Positions 41,237 to 52,800 of a DNA stretch of 64,000 nt are shown here, in pieces. Under the pieces are notes generated by a model, which was given only the letters and a program-made list of their open reading frames with translations, was not told the DNA's origin and ran no database searches. Every line of letters begins with the position of its first letter. Within the stretch, counting starts at the first letter, position 1. The DNA comes from Syntrophales bacterium (GTDB taxonomy: Bacteria > Desulfobacterota > Syntrophia > Syntrophales > UBA2210): contig CAXXNF010000002.1 in NCBI GenBank assembly GCA_963666365.2, forward strand, positions 2,304,001 through 2,368,000, written 5' to 3'. The position numbers were made by a program, and so were the translations under genes.

Positions 41237-43822
41237 TCAGATTTCCCCCACTTTTCGGAGAACGTAGAGGACCTCGGGAAGACCGAGCACGCCGTCTCCG
41301 TTCGCATCGGCGCGCACAGTGAATTCACCTTCATTGACGGGAAGCCGCACGATCAGTCTCATCATGACGATCGCATCGCGCAGGTCCACAACGCCGCTGT
41401 CATCGACATCGCCGACGGGAACCACGTTGCGTATGGTCACGGTCATCTCATCGGAGTCCGACAGCGCGCCTCCCTGGGCGGTGTCGGTCACGGTGAGGCG
41501 CAACGTGACGGTGCCGTCTCCGATCCCCACATGGGGCGCCGTGAAGGTGGGTTTCACCGCTGCCGGATCGGACAGCGTCACTTCCTGCCCGGCAATAAGC
41601 CCGGCAGTGGTTACCACTTCCCACAGATAGGAGGCGATACCGTCGTCTGGATCGGTCGACGCCGATCCGTCGAGGGTCACCAGGGCGCCTTCATTCACGG
41701 TCTGATCCACGCCGGCTCGGGCCGTGGGGGCTTCGTTTATCCAGAGTACCGTTACTGTACAGGTGTCAGTGTCGCGAAGCCCGGGCTCACCGTAATCGGC
41801 GCCTCGGTCCGTCACGGTAAGCTGAAATGTGAGCTCTGCGCCGTCCATACCCACGGCCGGTGCGGTGAAAGTAGGTGTGGCGGCTGCAGGATCGGACAGG
41901 ACCACCGACGGCCCGTCGGTCTGTTCCCAGAGGTAGCTTTTGATGCCGTCGTCGGGATCGCTGGACCCTGATCCGTCAAGCGTCACAAGAGTTCCCTCGT
42001 TCACGGTTTGATCCGTCCCGGCATTGGCCACCGGCGGCAGGTTGGACCAGGTGACGTTGACGATGCAGGTATCCGTCGCGCTCAGCCCCCCTTCGGCACG
42101 ATCGCGCACAGTGAGCCGGAAACTCAGAGAGGCGCCGCCCGGACCAACGTCAGGCGCGGTAAAGGTGGCCACGGCCGAGGTTGCATCGGCAAGCGTCACT
42201 GTGGCTCCGTCAACCTGCTCCCAGCGATAGAAGAGCGTGTCTCCGTCGACATCGGAAGAACCGCTTCCGTCCAGTGTCACCAGGGTTCCTTCGGCCACGG
42301 TCTGGTCATCGCCTGCATGAGCCACCGGCGCATCATTCACGGCGTCGATGGTGACGGTAAACGTGGCGGTGTTGGAATCGACCGTGCCGTCGTTCACTTT
42401 GAAGGTGAAAGTGTCCGTCCCATGCGCATGCAGCGTCGGCGTGTACGTAAAGGCGCCTGTTGAGGTGTTTGTCAGGTTCACCGTCCCGAGCGATGGAGGC
42501 GAAACGATGCTGAAGGTGAGCGTGTCCCCATCCACATCGGACGCCGAAAGCGTCCCGTTGAAAGGCACATCCTCATCGGTCACTGCGCTGCCGTTCTGCG
42601 CCACCGGCGCATCGTTTACCGGGTTGATCGTCACGGTAAAGGTGGCGGTGTTGGAATCGACCGTGCCGTCGTTCACTTTGAAGGTGAATGTGTCCGTCCC
42701 ATGCGCGTTCATCGCCGGGGTGTACGTGAAGGCGCCTGTTGAGGTGTTTGTCAGATTCACCGTCCCGAGCGACGGAGGCGAAACAATGCTGAAGGTGAGC
42801 GTGTCCTCATCCACATCGGACGCCGAAAGCGTCCCGTTGAAAGGCACATCCTCATCGGTGGCGGTGCTGCCGTCCTGCGCCACCGGCGCGTCGTTCACCG
42901 AAGCTACGGTCACGGTGACGACGGCCTCGTTCGAAACGTACCCTGTTGTATCCTTCACCGTGTAGTGAAAGGAATCGGCGCCGTGATAGTTGAGGGCCGG
43001 CGTATAGGTGATGGCGCCGGTCTGACCGTCCACCGCCGTCTGTCCGTGCTGAGGCGCGACCGTGACGGTCACCGTGGCCGGATCGAGGGCGCCGTCCGCA
43101 TCGGTATCGTTGGCCAGGACGTTGACATCCACCGCCGTGTCCTCAGTGGTCTGCGCGGTATCGTTTACTGCCACGGGCGGTGCAATCGTCACTACATCAT
43201 CGATGGTCGCCGTGCTTCCCGTTGCATCGGCTCCCAGAAGGTCAAAATACAGATACAGGGTCACCGCGCCCTCCCCGGTCAGTGTCCCCAGGTCCACGGA
43301 AACCGTTGCCGGCAGGTTATCAGCTGACCAGGCACTGCCGCTCGCAGCGGCGCCGGGCACACTCACCGCCTGGGCGTAGTGAAGTTCTCCCGTCTGTTGG
43401 ACACTGAACAGGGCATCCGTATTAGAAAGGGTCGATATCGGGTCCACCGCCGGCAGCCCCAGTGCCGAATCTTTTAAAAGGGACACCTGAAAGCTGTCCG
43501 GTTCGGTTCCCTCCGCGTTGGCTTTGAGATCCAGGGTTTTCAGGGTAAAAAGAATGTAGCGCACCCCCGCCGGTACGCTAAAGGTCTGCCAGATGCTCGT
43601 GGGATAGGCCGCACCCTCGGTGAGCACCGCAGCACCGGCCGCCACGGTTACATCGCCTTCTAGTTCCCAGCCGAATCCCTCATTCCCGGGAGCAACGGAA
43701 AAATCCCCGTTCACTACTGCGGCAAAAAGCGACAGGGGACAGGACAGCACCCAGAGCATGATCGCCAGCACCAGCCCCATCCGGAAGTTCAGAATTGAAC
43801 ACTCTCTCACCGTTCTCGTCAT
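41237..43822 (-). CDS. Secreted Ig/cadherin-like and PKD-like repeat protein with a C-terminal dockerin-like domain
   Basis: Signal peptide, NGDF jelly-roll-like N-domain, three VNDAPVA/Big_9-type repeats, three AG.DQTV.EG.LVTLDGS.S.D repeats, C-terminal GDVDDSGVVDLRD...ADANGDGVLG. Confidence 0.88.
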   Translation of the reverse strand: MTRTVRECSILNFRMGLVLAIMLWVLSCPLSLFAAVVNGDFSVAPGNEGFGWELEGDVTVAAGAAVLTEGAAYPTSIWQTFSVPAGVRYILFTLKTLDLKANAEGTEPDSFQVSLLKDSALGLPAVDPISTLSNTDALFSVQQTGELHYAQAVSVPGAAASGSAWSADNLPATVSVDLGTLTGEGAVTLYLYFDLLGADATGSTATIDDVVTIAPPVAVNDTAQTTEDTAVDVNVLANDTDADGALDPATVTVTVAPQHGQTAVDGQTGAITYTPALNYHGADSFHYTVKDTTGYVSNEAVVTVTVASVNDAPVAQDGSTATDEDVPFNGTLSASDVDEDTLTFSIVSPPSLGTVNLTNTSTGAFTYTPAMNAHGTDTFTFKVNDGTVDSNTATFTVTINPVNDAPVAQNGSAVTDEDVPFNGTLSASDVDGDTLTFSIVSPPSLGTVNLTNTSTGAFTYTPTLHAHGTDTFTFKVNDGTVDSNTATFTVTIDAVNDAPVAHAGDDQTVAEGTLVTLDGSGSSDVDGDTLFYRWEQVDGATVTLADATSAVATFTAPDVGPGGASLSFRLTVRDRAEGGLSATDTCIVNVTWSNLPPVANAGTDQTVNEGTLVTLDGSGSSDPDDGIKSYLWEQTDGPSVVLSDPAAATPTFTAPAVGMDGAELTFQLTVTDRGADYGEPGLRDTDTCTVTVLWINEAPTARAGVDQTVNEGALVTLDGSASTDPDDGIASYLWEVVTTAGLIAGQEVTLSDPAAVKPTFTAPHVGIGDGTVTLRLTVTDTAQGGALSDSDEMTVTIRNVVPVGDVDDSGVVDLRDAIVMMRLIVRLPVNEGEFTVRADANGDGVLGLPEVLYVLRKVGEI
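42332..42889. repeat. Intragenic tandem duplication, 2 x 279 bp
   Basis: Anchor GCCACCGGCGC at 42321, 42600 and 42879; two nearly identical 93-aa cadherin-like units. Confidence 0.9.
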
Positions 43823-46800
43823 ACCACACCCATCAGCACACGCACTACATCCGCATCAAGGACGGAGGGAAGTTTTCGCAGGGACGGCAGAAGCGCCGGA
43901 TTCATAAGGTCTCCCGGATGCGCGAAGGGGCACAGGTGCTCCCGGTCGGCGGTAAGGATAACGCTCAGGCCGTCGCCCACAAAACGCCATGAACCGTCCA
44001 GCATCATCACCGTATGGGCCGCGAACCGGGCGTCATCCCCGTCGATACCCAGGAGGTGTCCCACTTCGTGGGCGAGGAAGGTCAGCAGATCGTATCTGCC
44101 CCAGGCATCCGATCCCTCACTCGCCGTCAGCGCCGTACTTCCCTTTCCGGAGAGAAACTCCTCGTTCGTTTCAGGGGTTGTGTCGACGAACCATCCTGCG
44201 CCGTCGGCGTCCCTGTCCACCGTAATGAGCCCGGTGAGCACGGTCCCGTCGGAGGCCCTTTCGATGACCGTGGCCCTGCCGAGCACCCCGTCGGGCAGGT
44301 CGGCCACGGTTACGGTAATCGCGGGAAGCGTCACGTCTCCGAGCACTGACCGCCACAGATCAAGGGCGGTCTCCGCCAGACGCTGCGCCGACACCTCAAA
44401 ATCTTCAACACTCTCAAAGATTACCGCTGTTTCGGTCACGCCAGTTGAAACCGTTTCCTCGGTCAGCAGCGCACTCCCGCCCCCGACACCGTCCACATAG
44501 AGGGTGTAGCCACTGTTATAGGAGGTGAGGCCCTCGACCACTTCCACCTTCACATAGTAGGCGCCGGGCGTCATATCCTTCAGTGAAATACCGGAGGCGC
44601 CTGCAGTCCCGTCCACAAATCCGACAAGCCTTCCTTCACTATCCATCAGGGAAAGTCGCAGATCGGGATCGGCATCCCTATAGACGACCCTCACCAGATC
44701 CCCGTCACCCCCGGGCACGGCCAGATCGAACCGGAACCAGTCCACATCCCTCCCGTCATGAATCGTAAGGGTCGGGGAGGTATAGTGACCGTCGCTTAGA
44801 GTCACCACGGTCGCCTGGGCATAGCTGTTGTTGGGCTCGTAGGCATCGGGCGCCGGAAGCACCACCGCCACCGTCCGCGCGACATTATCTCTCGTGGTGG
44901 TTTCCACGCCCGCATCCTGGCTCACTACGGCCATCAGGTAATAGAACCCGGGGGCCTGTGAGGACAGATCCAGCTGCGTCGCACCTGCCAGGGTCGCCCC
45001 CGCCGCGCAATCTACCATTGTTTCTGTAACGCCCAGCGAGATGTCCGATCCGGCATCGAAGACATCGTCGACGGAGAGGAAAAATCCGATGGTAAGGGCG
45101 CCGCTCGAAGCAGTCCCGAAATTCGTGACAGTCCAGTCGGCGGTGACCTGGGCGTCGCTTAGGGGCACCATCGTCTTGTCCGCGGAAACCGATACCATGG
45201 CCGGATCGGAACCGGTCACGTCGGGGGTCGTCATATTCATTGTGTAGGCCATGGCACCATCGAAATTACGGACCACCACCCTGTAGAGTCCCGCCTCGAC
45301 GCTGTCCAGGCTGATCTGCGTCACACCGTCGGACGATACCACACCTAAGGCGACAAGACCGCCCTTTGCGTCCACAAGCATCACGAAGGGGGTCCCCTCG
45401 ACCGCACTGTAGGTAACCTCGATGGAGTCGGTTGCCGTGCCGTCGGCCACCATACGGAACAGGTAGGCATCCAGGTCATAGCGGCTGTGGAGTGTCCGTC
45501 CGTTCTGGGTGAAGGCGCCGCGCATCACGCCCAGATCGATGGCGCCGTTCTCATCTTCGTTGTATTCCTCGGGGTCGGGATTGACGGCGAGGATCACCGG
45601 CACCGAAATCGAATTGTTCCGTTCGTTCAGTTCCGTGATCAGGCCTGCGGGGTCCGCCACGGCCTTCACCAGCAGGTCCGCACCATAGGAGCCGGCTGGT
45701 ACCGTCACGTTGAATTCGATTGAAACGGATTCACCGGCACCGATGACGCCGATCATCTGCGTTGGACTGAGGGCGTATTCATCGCCGGTTGCCACATCCA
45801 CGAGGACGAGGCCTACCGTTACCGACCGCGCCGCATCTCCTCCCGGGTTTTTCACAGAGACTGTAATCGGCGCGGCATTTGCGCCGGGAAGCAGTTCCGG
45901 CGGAGCGACAATGTCCTCGATCAGCAGATCGGCTTCGCTGCGGGATACCGACTGCACATAGAGCGTATAATCGAAGGCAGCCTCGTCAACGGGCGACACA
46001 CGGAGGTAGTATCTGCCGGGAGCGAGACCTTCCAGGGAGAGGGTCACCACGCCGTTTATCGCACCGGGCGCCTCATCGAATACCGCGACCCCGTTTACAT
46101 CCCGCAGTTCCGCCAGCAGAAGCCCTTCCAGGAAAAGGCGCTCCACCACCAGCTGGTCGCCGGCGGTGCCGGTTTCCGACAGATAGAAGGTGAACCAGTC
46201 CTCGTCGGCCATGGCGTGCAGGCTGAGGCCGGGAATCGTACGTGCGGTGGTTATACCGCCCAGATCCGTGGCGGTCGCCGCCGTGTCGTTATATTCGAAC
46301 GCATCGGGAGCAAGAGTCACCTCCACAGGCAGCATCGCCTCATTGTCCCTGCGCACCCGTTCGGGCACGATTTCACGCCGGTCGATCAGTGCACCCACGT
46401 ACACCTGTCCTGTCACCATGGCGGGAATCTTCACCCGGAAGGTCGACGACCAGGACTCTCCCGGGGCGAGGGCAGGCACCATGAAGGGGGATACGAGGTT
46501 CCCGTCGCCGAAATCCACCCGGCCGTCGCGGCTCCATACCAGCATGCTTTCCGCGGCAGGCGACGCGGCGTCTCCGGCATTGGTCACGCTCACCGTCACG
46601 TCGAAGTACTGCCCCGTCCGGACCGTCCCGTTCACTGGCCCGCCGGATATCGATGCAACCAGGGCAGCGGCGCTGCTGGTGGGACCGGTGATGGAAAGGT
46701 CATAGCCCGCACCGAGGGGCTCTCCCGACATCATCCCCAGATAGTATTCGCCGGCGGCAAGCCCTTCCAGCGAGAAGGTCAGATGGGTGGAATCGGTCCA

Positions 46801-49800
46801 CGTACCCAGCGCCACCTGGGCGCCTTCCGCATCGAGCAGGAACACGTTTACCGCCGGATCGCTGTAGGCAAAGGCGATGTTCACCGCGTCGGTCTCCCCA
46901 CCCTTTTCAATGGTGCGGAATCGATAGTAGTCGATGTCCCTGTCGTCGGCAAGATTGAGACCGGTCCACGTCTCCGTACCTGCAATCACCCCCAGGTCCG
47001 TGGCGGTAGAGGGATGGTTGTTGTCCTCGAGCGCATCGGCCGTCAGACTTGGATTCGCCGTTATTGCCATTTCGGGACCCCACTCCCATGGAGTGAACCA
47101 CTGGGCGCTCGCCTTCGGATCAAGCAGATTGTCGTGTTTGAGTAATGTCACCTTCACCACCTGTACGGCAACCGCATCACCCAAGAAGGTAAGCTGCCCC
47201 ACGGAGGTGATCTCAAGGGGAACCTTCACGGTAGGAACAATCTCCGCCTGCGTGAGGTTCCATGTGGCCGTGAGGCCCATCTTCACCTCCACTTCAACGC
47301 CGGCACCAAATATCTTGGAGACCGCCTGAACGCCCGCACCGATCTTGAGACCGCCTTCCAGGTTGGCGGTGAAGGTCGCCACATCGGACACGAATTTCCC
47401 TCCGTCGGCGGCCCCTCCGGTAAGTTTGAACTCGAAGCCGAAGGCCACCTTGCCCACAACTTTAAATTCATAAGTCAGGCTTCCTCCGGGCGGCGTAAAA
47501 CCTATTTTGTACTCCGCCTCTATGGGGTTGTCGAATTTCACCGCCAGGGAATACTCGCCCTCCTTCAGCTCGAAAAACTCATTTACCTTGAAAGGTTTCG
47601 CGGTAATCGTCACCTCAATTGCCGGCTTGTACTGCAGAGCTATATTTTTTGTTAAAGTTTTACTGATTCCGCGGTACAGATTGCCAGACTCGTAGCCTTC
47701 CTGGAGACTCCGCATCCAGGCGATTTTATCTTTGAGGTCGAACTTGATCTTCCGGGTCATAGGTTGAGCAAAATTGATCGCTTTCCAAACCAGCAGGCCC
47801 GTACCGGGGATATCGAACCGCTCCGTATAGCCGAAGAGTGTGATCTCCACGCTTGGCCCCGCATCCTGATAAACAATCTCCTTGGAGAGGCTGAAATCGA
47901 TGATCAGATGGCTCCCCACCGTGATCTTCACCAACGTATCTTTGGCCGCAAATTCGGAAGCAATCGTCAACCCCTCCCAGGAATCCTTCCAGTTGACGGC
48001 AGTGGCCTCGTAGGCCCCCAGTTCGGGCAGGAACACGATGGACCGGTCCTGGTTCGGGTCGCTCGTGGGAAGTATCCATTCGGGCTGTGCGATGGACTTT
48101 ATCTGGTACTCCTCGGAGTGGAGCGTCTTACCTTCGCTCAGCAGTGTATACTTCAGCGTCGTGAGATCGGCGGTGAGCAGCTTCATGTCTATGGTAAAGG
48201 TGAAGGACCAGGCGGCGGCGTTCCGTACCGGCGTGATCCCCAGATCCACACCGCCCAGTTCGATTCTCACCGTGTCGGTCTTCCTGAATTCTTCGGGCTG
48301 GACGAAGAGCGTGAAGGTGTTCACCACAGACACGTCGCGGATATACTGGCCGAAGATCTTGGGATCCTTGTCCCCGTCGTAGCTTGCCACCAGGGTGCCG
48401 GTCTTCATTTGGAAGGCGGCATCGTTGTTGGTCTCGATCTGCTCCTCGAAATTTCCGGCGGCGTCAATCTTCACGATCAGGAACCGGTCGTCATAAAGGC
48501 CGAGGGGGGAACTCAGTTTGAGTTCGACGGTGTGGCGCCCTCCGGTGACATACTGTTTGTCGATGGTCCAGACGTAGCTGAGCGCGCCCGGGATCAGGGT
48601 ATCGTCTTCGAACTGGCTGGTCTCGGCCCACCACATCTGGGCGGTCAGGCGCGTGTTGGCGTCGGGTTCCTCCCCGTAGACGGAGAAGGTGAACCGGATC
48701 ACATCCTGAGCGGCGTCACTTACCGCCGTGGACACAAAGACAGCGCTTTCTGCCACGAATTCGGTCGGCCCCATGGGGCTTGCGGCGATACCCGATGGCC
48801 GCGTCTTTTCGAGATCGGTGAACCTTCCCTTGGTGAGGGTCAGGCCCCGAGCCTCCTTCCTCGTGGCGTTTTCCTTCTCAATTTTCGCCTGGGCCTCCGC
48901 ATTGAACACGAAGACGCCGTCCACGAATTTCCCCTGCGAGAAATCGTAACCCGTGGGGTTCACTTCCCCCCTCGCGTAGGCATCGAGGGAAATCTGGATA
49001 TTCGTGCCGTCCTTGCCCGTCACTGAAGCATCCCGCTGCATGGCCTCGGCCACCTGGATCAACTGCTGCACATCGTAGTAGATCACCTCGTTGGTACCCT
49101 TGAAGGTGGCGAAGAGGAACCTGCCGAAGGGATCGATCGCCAGCTGGTCGGCCCATCCCCAGGGAATTTCCTCGGTGGCGCCGATCAGTGTTGCCTTGGC
49201 GGGATCGAGGGGGTTTCGCACCACGCCGACATTGGCGCCCCGGCCGAGATAGGGATCGCGGGTGTAATCGTCCACCGTGCCGTTGAAGGTGCAGTTGGCC
49301 AGCACCAGGGCGTACTCGACGCCGTTATAGCTGTAGAAGATGACATCTTCGATATTGTTGATGTCGAAGTAGGCCCGCGGCCCATTCCAGCTGTAGTACT
49401 GCACATTAGTGATGTTGGTGAAGAACATCGGGTTCAGCAGGGTCATGCCCGCAACGATGGGACTGTCTCTGAGGGCCACAATGCCGTCTTCCATCTGCAC
49501 CCGCTTGGCCAGCGAGGGGACCAGATCCATCTGCACGCGGTGGGAAATGGTCATGTTCCCCTGCAGATCCACGTTGACGATGGTGAGTCCTTCCACATCG
49601 CGTCCGCGCACGGCCACCGCCACCTGGCGGGTATCCTCCCAGGCCTCCAGGCCGAAGGGCTTATAGCCAACCCCCTTCACCTTGAAAGAGAGGTTTTTCG
49701 AGGGATAGGCGTCCGATGTGGGCAGAACGGCGCTGAAGAGCCAGCCCGCTTCGTAGGAGGCATCTCCTCCGGACCAGGGCGCCTTGCCGGGACTTGCCGC

Positions 49801-52800
49801 CAGCAGGATGTTCGGCACGTTCCTGTCTCCCGAGAGCAGCACCGCCACGCCGGTGAGACCCGTCAGCGTTCCCATATTCGGCAGTGTCACCTTGTGGGTG
49901 TAGAGGGATTGCTGGATATAGCTGTCCGTCTTCAGGGAGAACTGGTAGATATAGGGTTTCGCCCGGTCGGTCACGAACACCCGGTCGTAGTATGGATCGA
50001 CGGTGATGTACCAGGGCTGGGCACCCGGGGGCAGTATCAGCCGGTCGATCTCGGGGGTGTCGGGATTGAGATCGATCTCCTTGAGCGATATCACATCGAT
50101 GAAGGACACCGTCCCGTCATAGGAATTCGTAACGATGGCCGTCGTGCCGTCGGGGGTGACGACAATGCCCGAGGGGCCTCCCCCCACGGGGATGCGTACC
50201 TTGCCGGCGCTGGGCATGCCGGCATCGGCCAGCGGGTTAATGACCGTCACGGTGTTTTCCTGCGTATTGGTGACAAACACGTAGGAGGGGGCAAAAATCT
50301 TCGGCTCCGCCGTCATACTGGGAAGCACCCGCTCCACCGGCACGGGATCGGTCCCCCGCTCCCACTGATAGACCGTGACGGTCCGCGTGACCATGATATA
50401 TTTTCCGGAAAGCTGCACGTTGTCCGGCACCAGGGCCTTCACAACACCGCCGTCAAGGGATGCTACGGGCAGTTCGATCCGTTGACCGGGGAGGAGTCCC
50501 TCAGTTTGATGCCGGAAAATGGAATCCGTCAGGATCACCACACGAAGCTTCGACGCATCGTCGCCGAAGAGGGCGCCCTGGATCGTGATGGTCCCCTGCT
50601 GGACGCCGGAGGCGTCGGGTGCATACTCTACCGTGACGTTCGTAACGATAGGCGTATAGTCGTAGTGCTGCGGCTCATCCACCTGGGCGGCCACATTGAA
50701 GAGCGCACCGGGATCAGCCGGCACGGGGTATTCGCCCACCGAGGCGTAGCCGGTATCGGCATCATAGCGGATCACGCGCACGGCCGTCGCCCCTGCCGGC
50801 AGCGGAATGGCATTGTCCCAGACCTGATCGGGGTTGAAATACCAGCGCTGTTTCGCCGTCGATCCTGTCACTACCTCGATGACCGCGTCGTTATAATAGG
50901 GGGTTACCTGGAACAGTGTCACGGCATCGCTGTCGCCGAACATAAAGGTCCCCTCGTCCATCGTCCCAGGATTGGGAGGCGACGTGGTCCGGGCGTATCC
51001 GTCGGAACCGACGATAGCCACATCCACCAGCTCCCAGGTGTCTTCAAACTGTCCCGGCCCCCGCAGGATCTTGGCGGTACGGAACAGGTAGAGTTTGTCG
51101 CCGGGTGATGAACCGGCCGGCGCCGGCACCGTGATCGTAAGCGGCGCCGATGGATTGACCCCGCTCAGGTTGATCGTAAAGGCGCTGACGTAGGTGAATC
51201 CGTCGGGAAGCACCTGCATGCCGGCGTCCGAGCTGGGCACGGTCGTCACGGTCACCGTCTGTCCGTTCATGGTCCCGGGAGGCAGGGACACACTGATATT
51301 GTCGGCGTTGGTCACCACCCCGCCTGAGGCATCGACGGCGCTTCCGCTGGCGGTACTCAGGGCCACCTTGAATTCCAGCTCCTGACGGATGCCGCCGTTG
51401 ATCACCGTGACGGAGGCGTTTCCGAGCTTCACCGCAGTGACGAGACCGTCGGCGGTGACCGTAATGATCGATGAATCGGCGCTGTAGTACCGGGTGCCGC
51501 TCGCGGCGCCGGCCCAGTCGACCAGCGCTCCCGACTGATCGCGCAGGCCGAACATGATCTGACGGATCTCACCCGCAGCGAGCACATAGGCGGCGGGGTA
51601 GATGTTGTAGAGTGACGGCGTTTCACTCTCACCGACCACTATCGCGGCGGCCGCCGTAAGCGTCCCCTTCACGGCCGTCACCACCGTCGTCCCCTCGCCG
51701 AGCGCCCAGACACTGCCCACCTGATTGACCACTGCCACGGCATCGTCCAGGGACGACCAGACGGCGTAGCCGGTGGGCAGCCGCACATAGCCGCCGTCCG
51801 AAAACAGGCCGTAGAGCTTCAGGAACTCCGGTTCGTATACGTCGAGATGCAGCACCGCGTCTTCGGCACGGAATTCAATGCGTTGCAGCTCCGCATCGGA
51901 CAGGGTTACGGTCACGTGGGCGGCGCCGGAACGGGCGCTTCCGTCATCGGCGATAAAGTCGAAGCCCGCACCGGAACCGGCATACCCTTTCTCGGGGGTG
52001 AAATAGACTGTTGTTCCGTCCCCGCCCATCACCACGGTTCCCCGGGTCACATTGGCGATCACGTAGTCAAGCGACGAGCCGTCGGGATCAGTCGCCCAGG
52101 GCGCCAGATTCACCGCGACAGGGATATCCGGATAGGTGGTCGCGGCCCCTGCCGCCGCCGCGGGCGGGCGGTTGGCCGTGAAGCCGAAATTGAGTTCCAT
52201 ATAATAGCGGTCGGTGGCGTCCACGTCGCCGTCACGATCGGCATCGGCGGTGACCCGATAGGCGGCGTCGCCCGCGCTGGAACCCTCGGCCTGGGCGAAG
52301 AGGGCCGTGTCGCTTCCATCGACGAGACCGTCACCGTTCACGTCGCCGGCGGCATACAGGCCGACCGAGTAGAAACCGGCGCCGGCGCCGGATATCGTCA
52401 CCACATAAATACCGGAAGCATCGAGACCGAAGAGCGCCGTCCCGCTGCTGTCTCCGGTGCGCGCCTGCTGTCCCCTCACCCCTTCAATGACCGGCGCGGC
52501 CGGGACAAATCCGCCGGTCCCGGTCACATGGACGCCGAGCACAGCATAGCCCGACACCACGCTCTTCAGTTCATCCGGCGAGAGCACAAAGGCAATGCGC
52601 AGGGTCGCCCCTTCCGCAATCTGCCCCGTGTGGGCGCTGCTGATGGCATCCCGCAGGGGTCCCGCCACGGTATCGATCGTCCGTGTGGCGGTCATGTATC
52701 CGTCAGCGGAATACTCCACCAGGGAATGGGCAGCACCGTTTCCATAGAGTACCGCGGTGAGCAGGTGGGTGTCACCCTGATACTGGTACCAGGCCCTGCT

